A stretch of DNA of 64,000 nt from a virus. The stretch is taken from the IMG/VR virus record IMGVR_UViG_3300009163_000019. One strand, 5' to 3'. Shown piece by piece: positions 30,686-40,548 of this stretch. Below the pieces are notes generated by a model, which had not been told where the DNA came from, did not search any database, and saw nothing but the letters and a program-made list of their open reading frames with translations. How positions within the stretch are numbered: the stretch's first letter is position 1; every line of letters starts with the position of its first letter. The translations under genes were made by a program, and so were the position numbers.

Positions 30686-31351
30686 ATGAACAAAGTATCT
30701 TTTATTAAAGCGCTTCTTGAAATGGATGAAGAGCTTACAGGTGGACAAAAAAAACTTGATGTAGCTGAACCTAAAGGTAAACTTACAGCCGCTGATTTTG
30801 CGGCTCTTCGTGATAAAAAAAGCATGGAAGAAGAAGAAGGTCAAGACCATGAAGTTTCTATGGCACAAAATAGTTTAAAATCTATTATTAGTGCTGCTAG
30901 TCAATTAATGAATTCTATAGGTCAAGATGAGAAAGATATTCCTGCTTGGATTCAAGATCATATTACCAATGCAGAAAACTATATTAATCAGGCTTCTAAA
31001 AACTATCATGAGTATAATGAAGGAGCAACTAGTGAGTATGATATGGATGAGCTTCCAGATGGTACAGAAGAAAAATTAGCCGGAGACCAAGAAGATAGAG
31101 AAGAGATGTTTCTTAAAAATATGATGGAAGATCTTTTTGAAGCTAAAAAGAAAAAACCTTCTGCTGGACTTACTAAAGCACAAAAATCTACTATAGCTAA
31201 GAAAGCTAAAGCCGGTAAAGATATGGGGAAAAAAGGAAAGGGATTCGAAAAATTAGCCGCTACAGCAGCTAAAGAATATGGATCAAAAGAAAAAGGTCAA
31301 AAAGTAGCTGCGGCTGCAATGTGGAAAAATGCTGCAAAAAAAGCTAAATAA
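30686..31351 (+). CDS. Hypothetical modular protein (acidic core, basic tail)
   Basis: ORF track. Confidence 0.5.
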   Translation: MNKVSFIKALLEMDEELTGGQKKLDVAEPKGKLTAADFAALRDKKSMEEEEGQDHEVSMAQNSLKSIISAASQLMNSIGQDEKDIPAWIQDHITNAENYINQASKNYHEYNEGATSEYDMDELPDGTEEKLAGDQEDREEMFLKNMMEDLFEAKKKKPSAGLTKAQKSTIAKKAKAGKDMGKKGKGFEKLAATAAKEYGSKEKGQKVAAAAMWKNAAKKAK

Positions 31352-31353
31352 TT

Positions 31354-32964
31354 ATGCAAGTGAGCAATAATGATATATTAAAGGCTATACTCTTACAAGA
31401 GTTAGACAGGATGGAACCTGAGACATCTACTTTTGAGGATGATCCTATGCAATTTATATTAAGTAAGTATCAAGGTCTTAAAAGTACTTTAGAATACTTA
31501 ATGACTCCTTCATTTGAAGAGTATATTACTGGTATATATGTTGTAGCACCTAAACCAACTACATTTAAAATAGTTTTACATAATGGGCAATATTTCTTTT
31601 TACAGTTTATGGGCAAAGCTTATGAAGCAACTGTACAAGGAAAAAAATATTATCTAATGACTATTGGTGAGAAAGAAAGAGCAATGGTTGCTATTTCTAG
31701 ATTGTTAAGATATGGAAATCCTTTAAAAACAAAAGGACCAGAGGGAGCTGAACAAGGTACAAGAGATTCAGAAGGACCTGCTGAAGAAGCAGGACCAACT
31801 CCACCAGCAGAGACTAGTGATACAACTGCAGGTGAAGAACAATTAACAGAGTCTAAAATATTAGAAGGGATTTTAAGAAAGGATTTATTTGAAGCTCCTT
31901 TATCAACATCAAAAGTAAATAAAGAAATAGTAGATGCGCTAGTTTCTATGTATCCTGATAAATTCGAAGCTCAGAGTGATTTAGGAAGGATAGCTAATAA
32001 AACTAAAATGGATGCTAAAGAATTTGAATCTATCTTGAAGAAAGATTTAAAAGCAAAAAACATAAAAGTTATCCCTCCAAAAACTCTTCCAAATCTGAGT
32101 TCAAAATTTAATATGTTTCAATTTGATACTAAATCTGGAAAAGGATCTTTAACCTTAAGTGGCGGAGCCGGTGCAAATAAAGGAATGGCATTTGAAAATT
32201 CACTATCAGGAGATTTAAAAAGATATCAAGAAGAAGGGATTACTAATAAAAATAAAGTTGAGTATACTAATCTATCATTAGTTGAAGAGATAACATCAGA
32301 GCTCTCATTACAACCAGGAAATTTTGAGATAGAAGAAACAGGAAGGCTAAATAAGAAAAGACCTTTAAAAGTAACAGAAGCCGGCCCTGAAGTAACACAA
32401 GCAGAAAGCGTGGGTGCAACAGTTGCAGATATTATTATACGCACAAAAAAACAAACATATTATCTATCTCTTAAATTTGGCGGTACATTAACATTTTTTA
32501 ATTCAGGAATAACAAAAATATTTACTGAAAAAGAAATAAAATCAGGAGAAATTACAGATAGAGAAGGCATAATATTATTAAATACATTAGGAATTGATAA
32601 TAAGAGTTTTTGCGCGGTATTTAATTCATATGCAAAAGGAAAACCGGGTAAGTTTATCCCTAAATATCCACCAGCTGATAAAGCAAAACTCCAGCACTTA
32701 GTAAGTTCAGGTATAGGAGACGGATATTATTATGTTCAAAGTGGTAAAGGAGACAATTTATTTTTTAAAATAGACGAAGAATATAATCAAGCAGCTTCTG
32801 AAATAACTTCTGAGCCTAAAGTATATTATGGTGGAATTAAAGGAGGCGGTAAAAGAGTGGATGTAGTTTTTGAAACACCAAAATATACATTTAAAGTAAA
32901 CATTAGACCTAAGGATGTAGGAGTATACCCTACTCACATTATGTGTGACTATGTAGCAAAATAA
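31354..32964 (+). CDS. Two-part protein with a C-terminal PD-(D/E)XK-like nuclease fold
   Basis: KGMAFEN...VADIII.....YYLSLK. Confidence 0.45.
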   Translation: MQVSNNDILKAILLQELDRMEPETSTFEDDPMQFILSKYQGLKSTLEYLMTPSFEEYITGIYVVAPKPTTFKIVLHNGQYFFLQFMGKAYEATVQGKKYYLMTIGEKERAMVAISRLLRYGNPLKTKGPEGAEQGTRDSEGPAEEAGPTPPAETSDTTAGEEQLTESKILEGILRKDLFEAPLSTSKVNKEIVDALVSMYPDKFEAQSDLGRIANKTKMDAKEFESILKKDLKAKNIKVIPPKTLPNLSSKFNMFQFDTKSGKGSLTLSGGAGANKGMAFENSLSGDLKRYQEEGITNKNKVEYTNLSLVEEITSELSLQPGNFEIEETGRLNKKRPLKVTEAGPEVTQAESVGATVADIIIRTKKQTYYLSLKFGGTLTFFNSGITKIFTEKEIKSGEITDREGIILLNTLGIDNKSFCAVFNSYAKGKPGKFIPKYPPADKAKLQHLVSSGIGDGYYYVQSGKGDNLFFKIDEEYNQAASEITSEPKVYYGGIKGGGKRVDVVFETPKYTFKVNIRPKDVGVYPTHIMCDYVAK

Positions 32965-32997
32965 ATTTTTTTATATCAATTTTTTGTTGTATATTGT
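32962..32997 (+). promoter_or_regulatory. Class-I promoter motif
   Basis: TAAATTTTTTTATATCAA-N10-TATATTGT. Confidence 0.6.
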
Positions 32998-33014
32998 AAG
33001 AGTAAATTAAGTTT

Positions 33015-33260
33015 ATGGCTAAGAAAGAAACAGGTTTTAGAAAAATAAAGACTATAGAGGGCATTACTATGCACCTTTATGAGGATAAAAATGGCTTGTA
33101 TAAACCTCATTGCACAACAGGACCAGCAATAATTTATCCAGAATCAGATAAAAGAACTTCAGAATACTATTTTTACGGTGTTAAATATGACCACAATAAG
33201 TGGTATGAATTAACTAAATCATTTAGAAAACCAGAACCTAAAGAAGATTTAGATGATTGA
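33015..33260 (+). CDS. Hypothetical protein (H..GPA.I.P motif)
   Basis: ORF track. Confidence 0.55.
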   Translation: MAKKETGFRKIKTIEGITMHLYEDKNGLYKPHCTTGPAIIYPESDKRTSEYYFYGVKYDHNKWYELTKSFRKPEPKEDLDD

Positions 33261-33285
33261 TAAATATTTATAAGTAAAAGAGACA

Positions 33286-33651
33286 ATGCAACCGTTTAAC
33301 ATCCAGAAGTATTTAACTGAAAATAATCTCACTATTATTTCTAAAATAAGAGAGGGGGCAGAAGAAGATCTAGAAGATCAAGAGCCTACTAAAGCAGATC
33401 TTAAATCAACAGAAAAAGATTTTAGAAATCTAGACAAAAAGAAAAAAGAATATGCTGATCTTCAAGCAAAAGTAAAAGCTATTATATCTAAGTATACGGT
33501 AAAATCTTCTGATGGAACTTTAAAACTTAAAGATGTAGCAGGATATAAGATTGCTGTTGGTAATATGCCAGATAGATTAAAACTTCTTAAACAACAGATA
33601 GACTCTGTAGAACAACCTAAAATAGATAATAATGAAAAAGACAGTGATTAG
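33286..33651 (+). CDS. Hypothetical protein
   Basis: ORF track; late motif upstream. Confidence 0.5.
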   Translation: MQPFNIQKYLTENNLTIISKIREGAEEDLEDQEPTKADLKSTEKDFRNLDKKKKEYADLQAKVKAIISKYTVKSSDGTLKLKDVAGYKIAVGNMPDRLKLLKQQIDSVEQPKIDNNEKDSD

Positions 33652-34324
33652 TGCCTCTTTAGTTCTTGTAGCTTTATTAGCTATATGGTATGTATTTGTT
33701 ATTAGCCCAAGTAGATTTGATACTAAGCCATATGAAGCAAAGATAGATTCACTTCAGCATGATATTGATTCTATTCATATTGTAAATGATACATTAGAAG
33801 TTGGAATTACGGCTTTACAAGAAGAAAATATTATTCTAGTTGAAAAAACAGGAGAACTTAAAGGAAAGGTATCAAATTTAAAATCTAGCTTAAAACAAGC
33901 CGAACTTTCTCATTTGTATACTCCTAGTCAAGTAGACAGTTTTTTTGTAAACAGATATCCTGAAAAATATGCTGAAAAATCTAATGATACTACTCAGCTA
34001 CCTATTCAAGTAAGTAAAGCGGTAGTAGTTGATTTACAACAGGCAGATATTAATAAAGATATTATAATTGCTCAAGATAATGTTATAGTTAATCAAGATC
34101 AAACAATACAAAATACTAATCAAATAGTGGCTACTTTAAGAGATAAAGAGGTTAATTATCAGTCTATAATCCAAAAACAAGTTGAACAAGGTGATAACTA
34201 CAAAACTCAAATTGGTGGATTAAAAGAAGACATTAAAAAAAGTAATAGAAGATTTAAAATTGGTAAAATACAAAAATTTGTTCTAGCAGCTTTAGTAGTA
34301 AGTCTTGCTATAACGCATAAATAA
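33632..34324 (+). CDS. Membrane-anchored coiled-coil protein (spanin-like?)
   Basis: N-terminal TM helix, long coiled coil, C-terminal hydrophobic helix. Confidence 0.45.
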   Translation: MKKTVISASLVLVALLAIWYVFVISPSRFDTKPYEAKIDSLQHDIDSIHIVNDTLEVGITALQEENIILVEKTGELKGKVSNLKSSLKQAELSHLYTPSQVDSFFVNRYPEKYAEKSNDTTQLPIQVSKAVVVDLQQADINKDIIIAQDNVIVNQDQTIQNTNQIVATLRDKEVNYQSIIQKQVEQGDNYKTQIGGLKEDIKKSNRRFKIGKIQKFVLAALVVSLAITHK

Positions 34325-35919
34325 TGGCTGATACACAGATCAATATAAAAGAAAGAATAAAGGAAGAATTTGTAAGATGCGCAACAGATCCTGTTTACTT
34401 TATGAAGAAGTATTACATGATCCAGCATCCACAAAGAGGCCGTCAATTATTTGATCTGTATCCATTCCAAGAGAAAGTACTAAGACTATTTCAAAAGCAT
34501 GACTACTCTATAATAAATAAGTCAAGACAGCTAGGTATATCAACACTAGTTTCTGCCTATTCTTTATGGATGATGCTTTTTAATAAAGATAAGAACGTAC
34601 TTGTTATTGCAACTAAGCAAGAGACAGCAAAGAACATGGTAACTAAAGTAAGATTTGCTTATCAAAACTTACCAACCTGGTTAAAAATAACTGCAGCAGA
34701 AGATAATAGATTAAGTCTAAGACTTTCAAATGGTTCACAAATTAAAGCCGTATCTGCCGCAGGTGATGCAGGTCGTTCTGAAGCTGTATCTCTACTTGTA
34801 ATAGACGAGGCCGCATTTATCGATAATATTGAAACTATTTTTACTGCTGCTCAACAAACTTTGGCAACAGGTGGTGGTTGCGTTGCGCTATCTACTCCTA
34901 ATGGTGTAGGTAACTGGTTTCATAAAACATATACTATTGCTCAAAAACAAGAAAATAAATTTTTGCCTATATCTCTTCCTTGGTCTGTTCATCCTGAACG
35001 TAATCAAGACTGGAGAGATGATCAAGATATTACTTTAGGTAAAAGAAACGCTGCTCAAGAGTGCGATTGTGACTTTGCTTCATCCGGTAATACTGTTATA
35101 GAGCCAGATATTCTTACTTGGTATGAAGATAATATGATTTGTGATCCAATAGAGCGTCGTGGTTTAGACAAAGCTTTATGGATATGGGAATATCCCGATC
35201 CTTTAAAATACTATGCTGTCGTGGCTGATGTGGCTCGTGGTGATGGAAATGACTATTCTGCATTCCATGTTATAGATATTGAATCTGTAACTCAAGTTGC
35301 AGAATATAAATCTCAAATTGGTACTAGAGATTATGCTAACATCCTTCTAAGTGTAGCATCAGAATATAATAATGCCCTACTAGTAGTAGAAAATGCTAAT
35401 ATTGGATGGGATGTTATTCAAACTATTATAGAAAGAGGATATAATAATATTCACTATAGTTATAAACAAGAACAAAATGCAGACTTTTCTAGATATGTAG
35501 ATAAGTATAATAGAGCAGATGGGCTAGTTCCTGGTTTTTCTACTACAGAAAAAACAAGGCCATTAGCAGTAGAGAAAATGAGGAACTTTGTAGAAAATAG
35601 ACTTGCTAATATTAAATCAATAAGATTATTAGAAGAGCTTAGGGTTTTTATTTGGAAAAATGGTAAAGCACAAGCAATGTCTAGTTATAATGATGACTTA
35701 GTTATGTGTTTTTCTATAGCTATGTATTTAAGAGAGACCTCTCTTATGTATAAAAAAACTGCTGAAAGTTTAACTTACGCTGCTTTAAATAGCTTTACAA
35801 AAACACGTGATACCAGTATTGCATATAATACTAGCGATCAATATAATCAAAATCCTTGGAGTATGAATATAAATACACCTCAAGGAGAAGAAACTCAAGA
35901 TTTAACCTGGCTTATATAA
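34324..35919 (+). CDS. terL: Terminase large subunit
   Basis: KSRQLGIST (Walker A), LLVIDEAAF (Walker B), STPNG, nuclease DVARG and DDLVM. Confidence 0.95.
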   Translation: MADTQINIKERIKEEFVRCATDPVYFMKKYYMIQHPQRGRQLFDLYPFQEKVLRLFQKHDYSIINKSRQLGISTLVSAYSLWMMLFNKDKNVLVIATKQETAKNMVTKVRFAYQNLPTWLKITAAEDNRLSLRLSNGSQIKAVSAAGDAGRSEAVSLLVIDEAAFIDNIETIFTAAQQTLATGGGCVALSTPNGVGNWFHKTYTIAQKQENKFLPISLPWSVHPERNQDWRDDQDITLGKRNAAQECDCDFASSGNTVIEPDILTWYEDNMICDPIERRGLDKALWIWEYPDPLKYYAVVADVARGDGNDYSAFHVIDIESVTQVAEYKSQIGTRDYANILLSVASEYNNALLVVENANIGWDVIQTIIERGYNNIHYSYKQEQNADFSRYVDKYNRADGLVPGFSTTEKTRPLAVEKMRNFVENRLANIKSIRLLEELRVFIWKNGKAQAMSSYNDDLVMCFSIAMYLRETSLMYKKTAESLTYAALNSFTKTRDTSIAYNTSDQYNQNPWSMNINTPQGEETQDLTWLI

Positions 35920-35925
35920 AAAATT

Positions 35926-37830
35926 ATGGCAGAACAACCACAAAAACAGAACAATTTATTTTCCACTCTTAGACGTTTGTTTTCTACAGATGTAATTATT
36001 CGTAATGAAGGTGGAGATATGTTAAAAGTAATTGACACAGATACTATTCAAAGGTCTGGTGTTATTCAAACTAACTCTTTAGTAGATAGATTTAATAAGG
36101 TATACACAATGTCTACGGCATACGGTGTAAATCTTAACTTAGCCCAGAATTATCAATCAGCTAGGGTTCAAATCTATGCAGATTATGATGCTATGGATAC
36201 AGATGCAATATGTTGTTCTGCATTAGATATCGTAGCAGATGAGTGTACACTTAAAAATGAACAAGGTGAAGTATTACAAATTAGATCTGCTGACGAAAAT
36301 ATTCAGAAGTTGCTCTACAACTTATTTTATTCTGTACTTAATATTGAATTTAATCTTTGGTCTTGGGTTCGTAATATGGCTAAGTATGGTGATTTCTACC
36401 TCAAATTAGAGATAGCAGAAAAATATGGTGTTTATAATGTTATTCCTTTCTCTGCATATAATATTGTGCGCGAAGAAGGATTCAATCATGAAAATCCACA
36501 AGAAGTTAGATTTAAGTATGATCCAAATGCAACGCTGGCTTCATCTACAGGGTATAGCTCTGCACAAAATCGTGATTCTGGTGTTTGGTTTGATAATTAT
36601 GAGATGGCGCACTTTAGATTAACAGGAGATGTTAACTATCTTCCTTATGGTAGATCTTATCTTGAGCCAGCTCGTAAACTATTTAAACAATATACATTAA
36701 TTGAAGATGCGATGCTAATCCATCGTATTACTAGGGCTCCTGAAAGGAGAATATTTTATGTTAATGTAGGAGCAATTCCCCCAGCAGAAGTAGATAACTA
36801 TATCCAAAAGATGATTAATAAGATGAAAAAAACTCCTCTTATTGATCCTAATACCGGTAATTATAATCTTAAATATAATCAGCAAAACCTATTAGAAGAC
36901 TTCTTTATTCCTGTTAGAGGAAATGATACATCTACTAAAATAGATACAGCAAAAGGTTTAGAATATAATGGTATTGAAGATGTGGCTTATTTTAGAGAAA
37001 AGTTATTTGCGGCTCTTAAGATTCCTAAGGCTTTCATGGGATATGAAAAAGATTTAACTGGTAAAGCTACACTTGCAGCTGAAGATATACGATTTGCTAG
37101 AACAATAGAAAGACTACAAAGAATTCTTATATCTGAACTAACTAAAATTGGTTTAGTACATTTGTATGCTCATGGATACACTAATGAAAGTGCTGCTAAC
37201 TTTACTCTTTCACTAACTAATCCATCAATTATTTATGATCAAGAAAGGATTGCTCTATTTAAAGAGAAAATAGATCTTGCTAAACAAGCAATGGAAGGAT
37301 CTCTTTTACCAAGAGACTTTATTTATGATAAAATATTCCACTTCTCAGAAGATCAATTTGGTGAATTAGAAGATCAAATAGTTGAAGATAAGAAAAGAGA
37401 CTTTAGATATAAACAAATTGCTGAGGAAGGAAATGATCCTTCAGAATCAGGCCAAGCATACGGAACTCCTCATCAGATAGCAAGTCTATATGGAGGAAAA
37501 GAAGATCAAGTTCTTAATGCTCCTTATGGATATGATGAAAATAAACCAGGACGTCCTAAAAGTTTTAGTTCAATTAAAGATACAGATAAGTCTGCTTTTG
37601 GTCGTGATCCTATTGGTAGTGCTGATAGAATGGATTCTAATGAAACAGGTGAAGATACTATGAAACCAAATTTTAAAGGCGGGTCTGCTTTAGCGCTTGA
37701 AAATACAATGACCGAATATTTAAAAAATAGGAGCATGTTCTCTAAAATGAATAAAGTTTCAAGAAAAGTAAAACTCTTTGAAGAGTCAAATCTTTTAAGT
37801 GACGAGAATATAATCGAGGGTTTAGATTAA
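35926..37830 (+). CDS. Portal protein (T4 gp20-like)
   Basis: YGRSYLE, EDAMLIHRITRAPERRIFY.NVG, EDFFIP, LFAALKIP, EDIRF. Confidence 0.95.
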   Translation: MAEQPQKQNNLFSTLRRLFSTDVIIRNEGGDMLKVIDTDTIQRSGVIQTNSLVDRFNKVYTMSTAYGVNLNLAQNYQSARVQIYADYDAMDTDAICCSALDIVADECTLKNEQGEVLQIRSADENIQKLLYNLFYSVLNIEFNLWSWVRNMAKYGDFYLKLEIAEKYGVYNVIPFSAYNIVREEGFNHENPQEVRFKYDPNATLASSTGYSSAQNRDSGVWFDNYEMAHFRLTGDVNYLPYGRSYLEPARKLFKQYTLIEDAMLIHRITRAPERRIFYVNVGAIPPAEVDNYIQKMINKMKKTPLIDPNTGNYNLKYNQQNLLEDFFIPVRGNDTSTKIDTAKGLEYNGIEDVAYFREKLFAALKIPKAFMGYEKDLTGKATLAAEDIRFARTIERLQRILISELTKIGLVHLYAHGYTNESAANFTLSLTNPSIIYDQERIALFKEKIDLAKQAMEGSLLPRDFIYDKIFHFSEDQFGELEDQIVEDKKRDFRYKQIAEEGNDPSESGQAYGTPHQIASLYGGKEDQVLNAPYGYDENKPGRPKSFSSIKDTDKSAFGRDPIGSADRMDSNETGEDTMKPNFKGGSALALENTMTEYLKNRSMFSKMNKVSRKVKLFEESNLLSDENIIEGLD

Positions 37831-37866
37831 TATATAGATATTTATTACTAGAGTATTCAAAAAACT

Positions 37867-38718
37867 ATGGCTATAAAACATTCAAAATATCGCAATACCG
37901 GTATTTTATTCGAATTACTAGTTAGACAGACTACATCTGATCTAATTAATAATCAAGATTCAAAGGCTGTTAAAATATTAAAAAAATATTTCACTAATAC
38001 AGAATTAGGAAAGGAATATAGCCTATATGGAACATTTTCATCCAGCCCAAAATTAACAGAAGCTAAATCAGAGATTCTTATTTCTACTATTATAGAACAA
38101 TATAATAAGTTAGATCACGATAAGATAAATAAGTTAAAGTATAATTTAATTAAAGAAATTAAAGCAAATTACGATTTAGATAATTTTTTTAAAGCCAAAA
38201 TAGAAAATTATAAGCCTTTTGCTTCAATTTATACTATATTTGAATCTCAAAATAGTGAATCTGTTGATACAAAACAACTAATTCTAAATAAAATTAATCT
38301 TTTAGAACATCTATCAGTAAAATCTTTAGATGATACTAAAGCTCCAAAGTCACTGATCCAGGAGTTTATGAAAGAAGATAAAGAAATTAGACTAATGGCT
38401 TATAAAATACTTGTAGAAAAATTCAATAACAAGTATCAAAACATGTCTGAAAAGCAAAAAGATGTATTAAAAGAATATATTACAAACATTTCTGATACAA
38501 AAAATTTAAGAGTTTATCTAAATGGACAATTAAAGACCATAAAATCAGAATTAGTATCACTAAAAGAATCTACACAAGATCAAGTTGTAAAAATTAAATT
38601 AGAAGAAGTACTTAAGTTTGTTACTCCTATTAAAGAGAATCAAACTATTAAAGACGAGATAATTACTGGTATTCTTCAGTATCTAGATTTAATTGATGAG
38701 CTAAAAAGATCTGCATAA
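37867..38718 (+). CDS. Conserved head-region helical protein
   Basis: IKHSKYRNTGILFELL; lies between portal and protease. Confidence 0.5.
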   Translation: MAIKHSKYRNTGILFELLVRQTTSDLINNQDSKAVKILKKYFTNTELGKEYSLYGTFSSSPKLTEAKSEILISTIIEQYNKLDHDKINKLKYNLIKEIKANYDLDNFFKAKIENYKPFASIYTIFESQNSESVDTKQLILNKINLLEHLSVKSLDDTKAPKSLIQEFMKEDKEIRLMAYKILVEKFNNKYQNMSEKQKDVLKEYITNISDTKNLRVYLNGQLKTIKSELVSLKESTQDQVVKIKLEEVLKFVTPIKENQTIKDEIITGILQYLDLIDELKRSA

Positions 38719-39434
38719 TGAAAGAATTTAATCAACAATTTTCAACACTACGTCTTAGAGAAGAGTTTGAAGGTCAGTATGACAAAGTATTATTTTCTAC
38801 AAATGATCCTAAAGTAGACAATCTATTAAATACAGAATTTTACGATAAATTAGATAAAGATGGAGACTACTATTCTCTAGATGCCGATACATTTGGTAAA
38901 TTCGAAGACAAGGCTTTTAGTATGGGACTTAATATGACTGATATTGTAAAAAAAGAAAATGTAGATGAAGAAGGATCTGTAACTGGTGGAGGCGAAGCTT
39001 TTTTACCAGGTCTTGATGTACCTGAGAAGGTATATAAAGCAGGATACACTAAAAAAGTAAAAGAAGCTAAAGATGTTGAGCCAAAACTAGCTGCTGGTAA
39101 AAGTAAAAATATAATGAAAGGTTGGGAAGAAGCTCCATCAATACCTAATCGCCCTTCAAAAGGAGGATTTATCTATAAGCAATTATTTGAGTATTTAAAA
39201 GAACCTTTACAAGAAGGAATTAAAACAGAAATAACTAAGCGTAATAAATCTCAACAATTTAATGAAGCTGCTAAGTTAGCAAATAAAAAATTAAAAGAAG
39301 TAAATGCTATATTAGAATATGCTTCTAAATTAAAATTAGAATTACATGAGACAGGAAATGCTCCGACAAACCGTCTTATGGAAAAAATAAAATTATCAGT
39401 TGTAGAAGCTTATAAAAAGATAAAAGAGCTATAA
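38718..39434 (+). CDS. Hypothetical head-region protein
   Basis: ORF track. Confidence 0.5.
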   Translation: MKEFNQQFSTLRLREEFEGQYDKVLFSTNDPKVDNLLNTEFYDKLDKDGDYYSLDADTFGKFEDKAFSMGLNMTDIVKKENVDEEGSVTGGGEAFLPGLDVPEKVYKAGYTKKVKEAKDVEPKLAAGKSKNIMKGWEEAPSIPNRPSKGGFIYKQLFEYLKEPLQEGIKTEITKRNKSQQFNEAAKLANKKLKEVNAILEYASKLKLELHETGNAPTNRLMEKIKLSVVEAYKKIKEL

Positions 39435-40384
39435 TGAAGAACGAAAAATACCAATTACAAAAATTAGCTGGTCTTCTTAAAGAAAATATTAATGAAGCCA
39501 GTTCCAAATCAGCAGCCGAAAAATTAGAGGCTATACTTATCAATTTAAGTCGTAATATATCAACAGATTCTAATATACCAACAGCTTCAAAACAAGGACT
39601 ATTAGGTGCTTTCAATGAAATGATGGATATAGTTAATGATATCTTAGATGCTGAAGAAGCTGATTCATTCTATGATGATGACGACTACGGCTCAGACGAC
39701 CCAGAAGACGGTCATGGCCCTATGGAAGAAGACGAAATAAGTGAAGCTTATGTACCAAGTAATATAAAAAAGTTTGCAAAAGACAAAGGTGTAACCTCTT
39801 TGGTAAATAAAGTTGCCGCATGGGCAGAAAAAGCAGGTAAAGGAATCAGAGGCGGTACAGCAGTAGGTAAAAACTATAATACACTCGTATTAGATTTAGG
39901 AAATCAAGACGGATCAATTAGTATAGATATTCCTGAAGACGATGACAAAAAGCCTATTATAAAATTATATCATAAAGTTGTATTTGATGCTAAATCATTT
40001 GCAGCCGTATTAAATGCACAATCTGATGATAAAAATATATCAGAGTTAGATGCTAATGATCCTATTTTAATGAAAGTAAGAGCTGCAGCATATCAAAAAT
40101 CTCAACCAAAATCTGAACCTGTAAAAACAATTAATCCTGATTATAAGGCTATTAAAAATTCTGAAAAGATTAAAGTACTTTTAAGGCACAGAGCTGAATT
40201 AATGAGTGATATGGAGCAAGAAGCAGAACCAGAAGGCGGGCCAATTGCTGATAGATATGGACGTGATTTAAATAGAATTGATAAAGCCCTTGCAAAGTTA
40301 AGAGGACAAGATTCTGAAACTAATTCATATATGGATAAAGCAGAAATAGAAAGAAGAGCCGCAACAATAATGCGACTACCATAA
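39434..40384 (+). CDS. Hypothetical head-region protein with a QKLAGLLKE leader
   Basis: ORF track. Confidence 0.5.
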   Translation: MKNEKYQLQKLAGLLKENINEASSKSAAEKLEAILINLSRNISTDSNIPTASKQGLLGAFNEMMDIVNDILDAEEADSFYDDDDYGSDDPEDGHGPMEEDEISEAYVPSNIKKFAKDKGVTSLVNKVAAWAEKAGKGIRGGTAVGKNYNTLVLDLGNQDGSISIDIPEDDDKKPIIKLYHKVVFDAKSFAAVLNAQSDDKNISELDANDPILMKVRAAAYQKSQPKSEPVKTINPDYKAIKNSEKIKVLLRHRAELMSDMEQEAEPEGGPIADRYGRDLNRIDKALAKLRGQDSETNSYMDKAEIERRAATIMRLP

Positions 40385-40410
40385 AAAATTTAAATAAAAA
40401 ATAAATAGCC

Positions 40411-40536
40411 ATGGCAAAAGCTGCAAGTAGTTTAATTAAAATTAGTTTTGGTAAAAAGAAAAAAGGAGTTGCAAAAAAATCATTTAATAAACATGATAGA
40501 AAAGAAAGAAACTATCGTGGACAAAGAAAAGCCTAA
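40411..40536 (+). CDS. Small very basic protein (41 aa), YRGQ-type C-terminus
   Basis: Manual translation MAKAASSLIKISFGKKKKGVAKKSFNKHDRKERNYRGQRKA*. Confidence 0.65.
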   Translation: MAKAASSLIKISFGKKKKGVAKKSFNKHDRKERNYRGQRKA

Positions 40537-40548
40537 TATTTATAGAAT

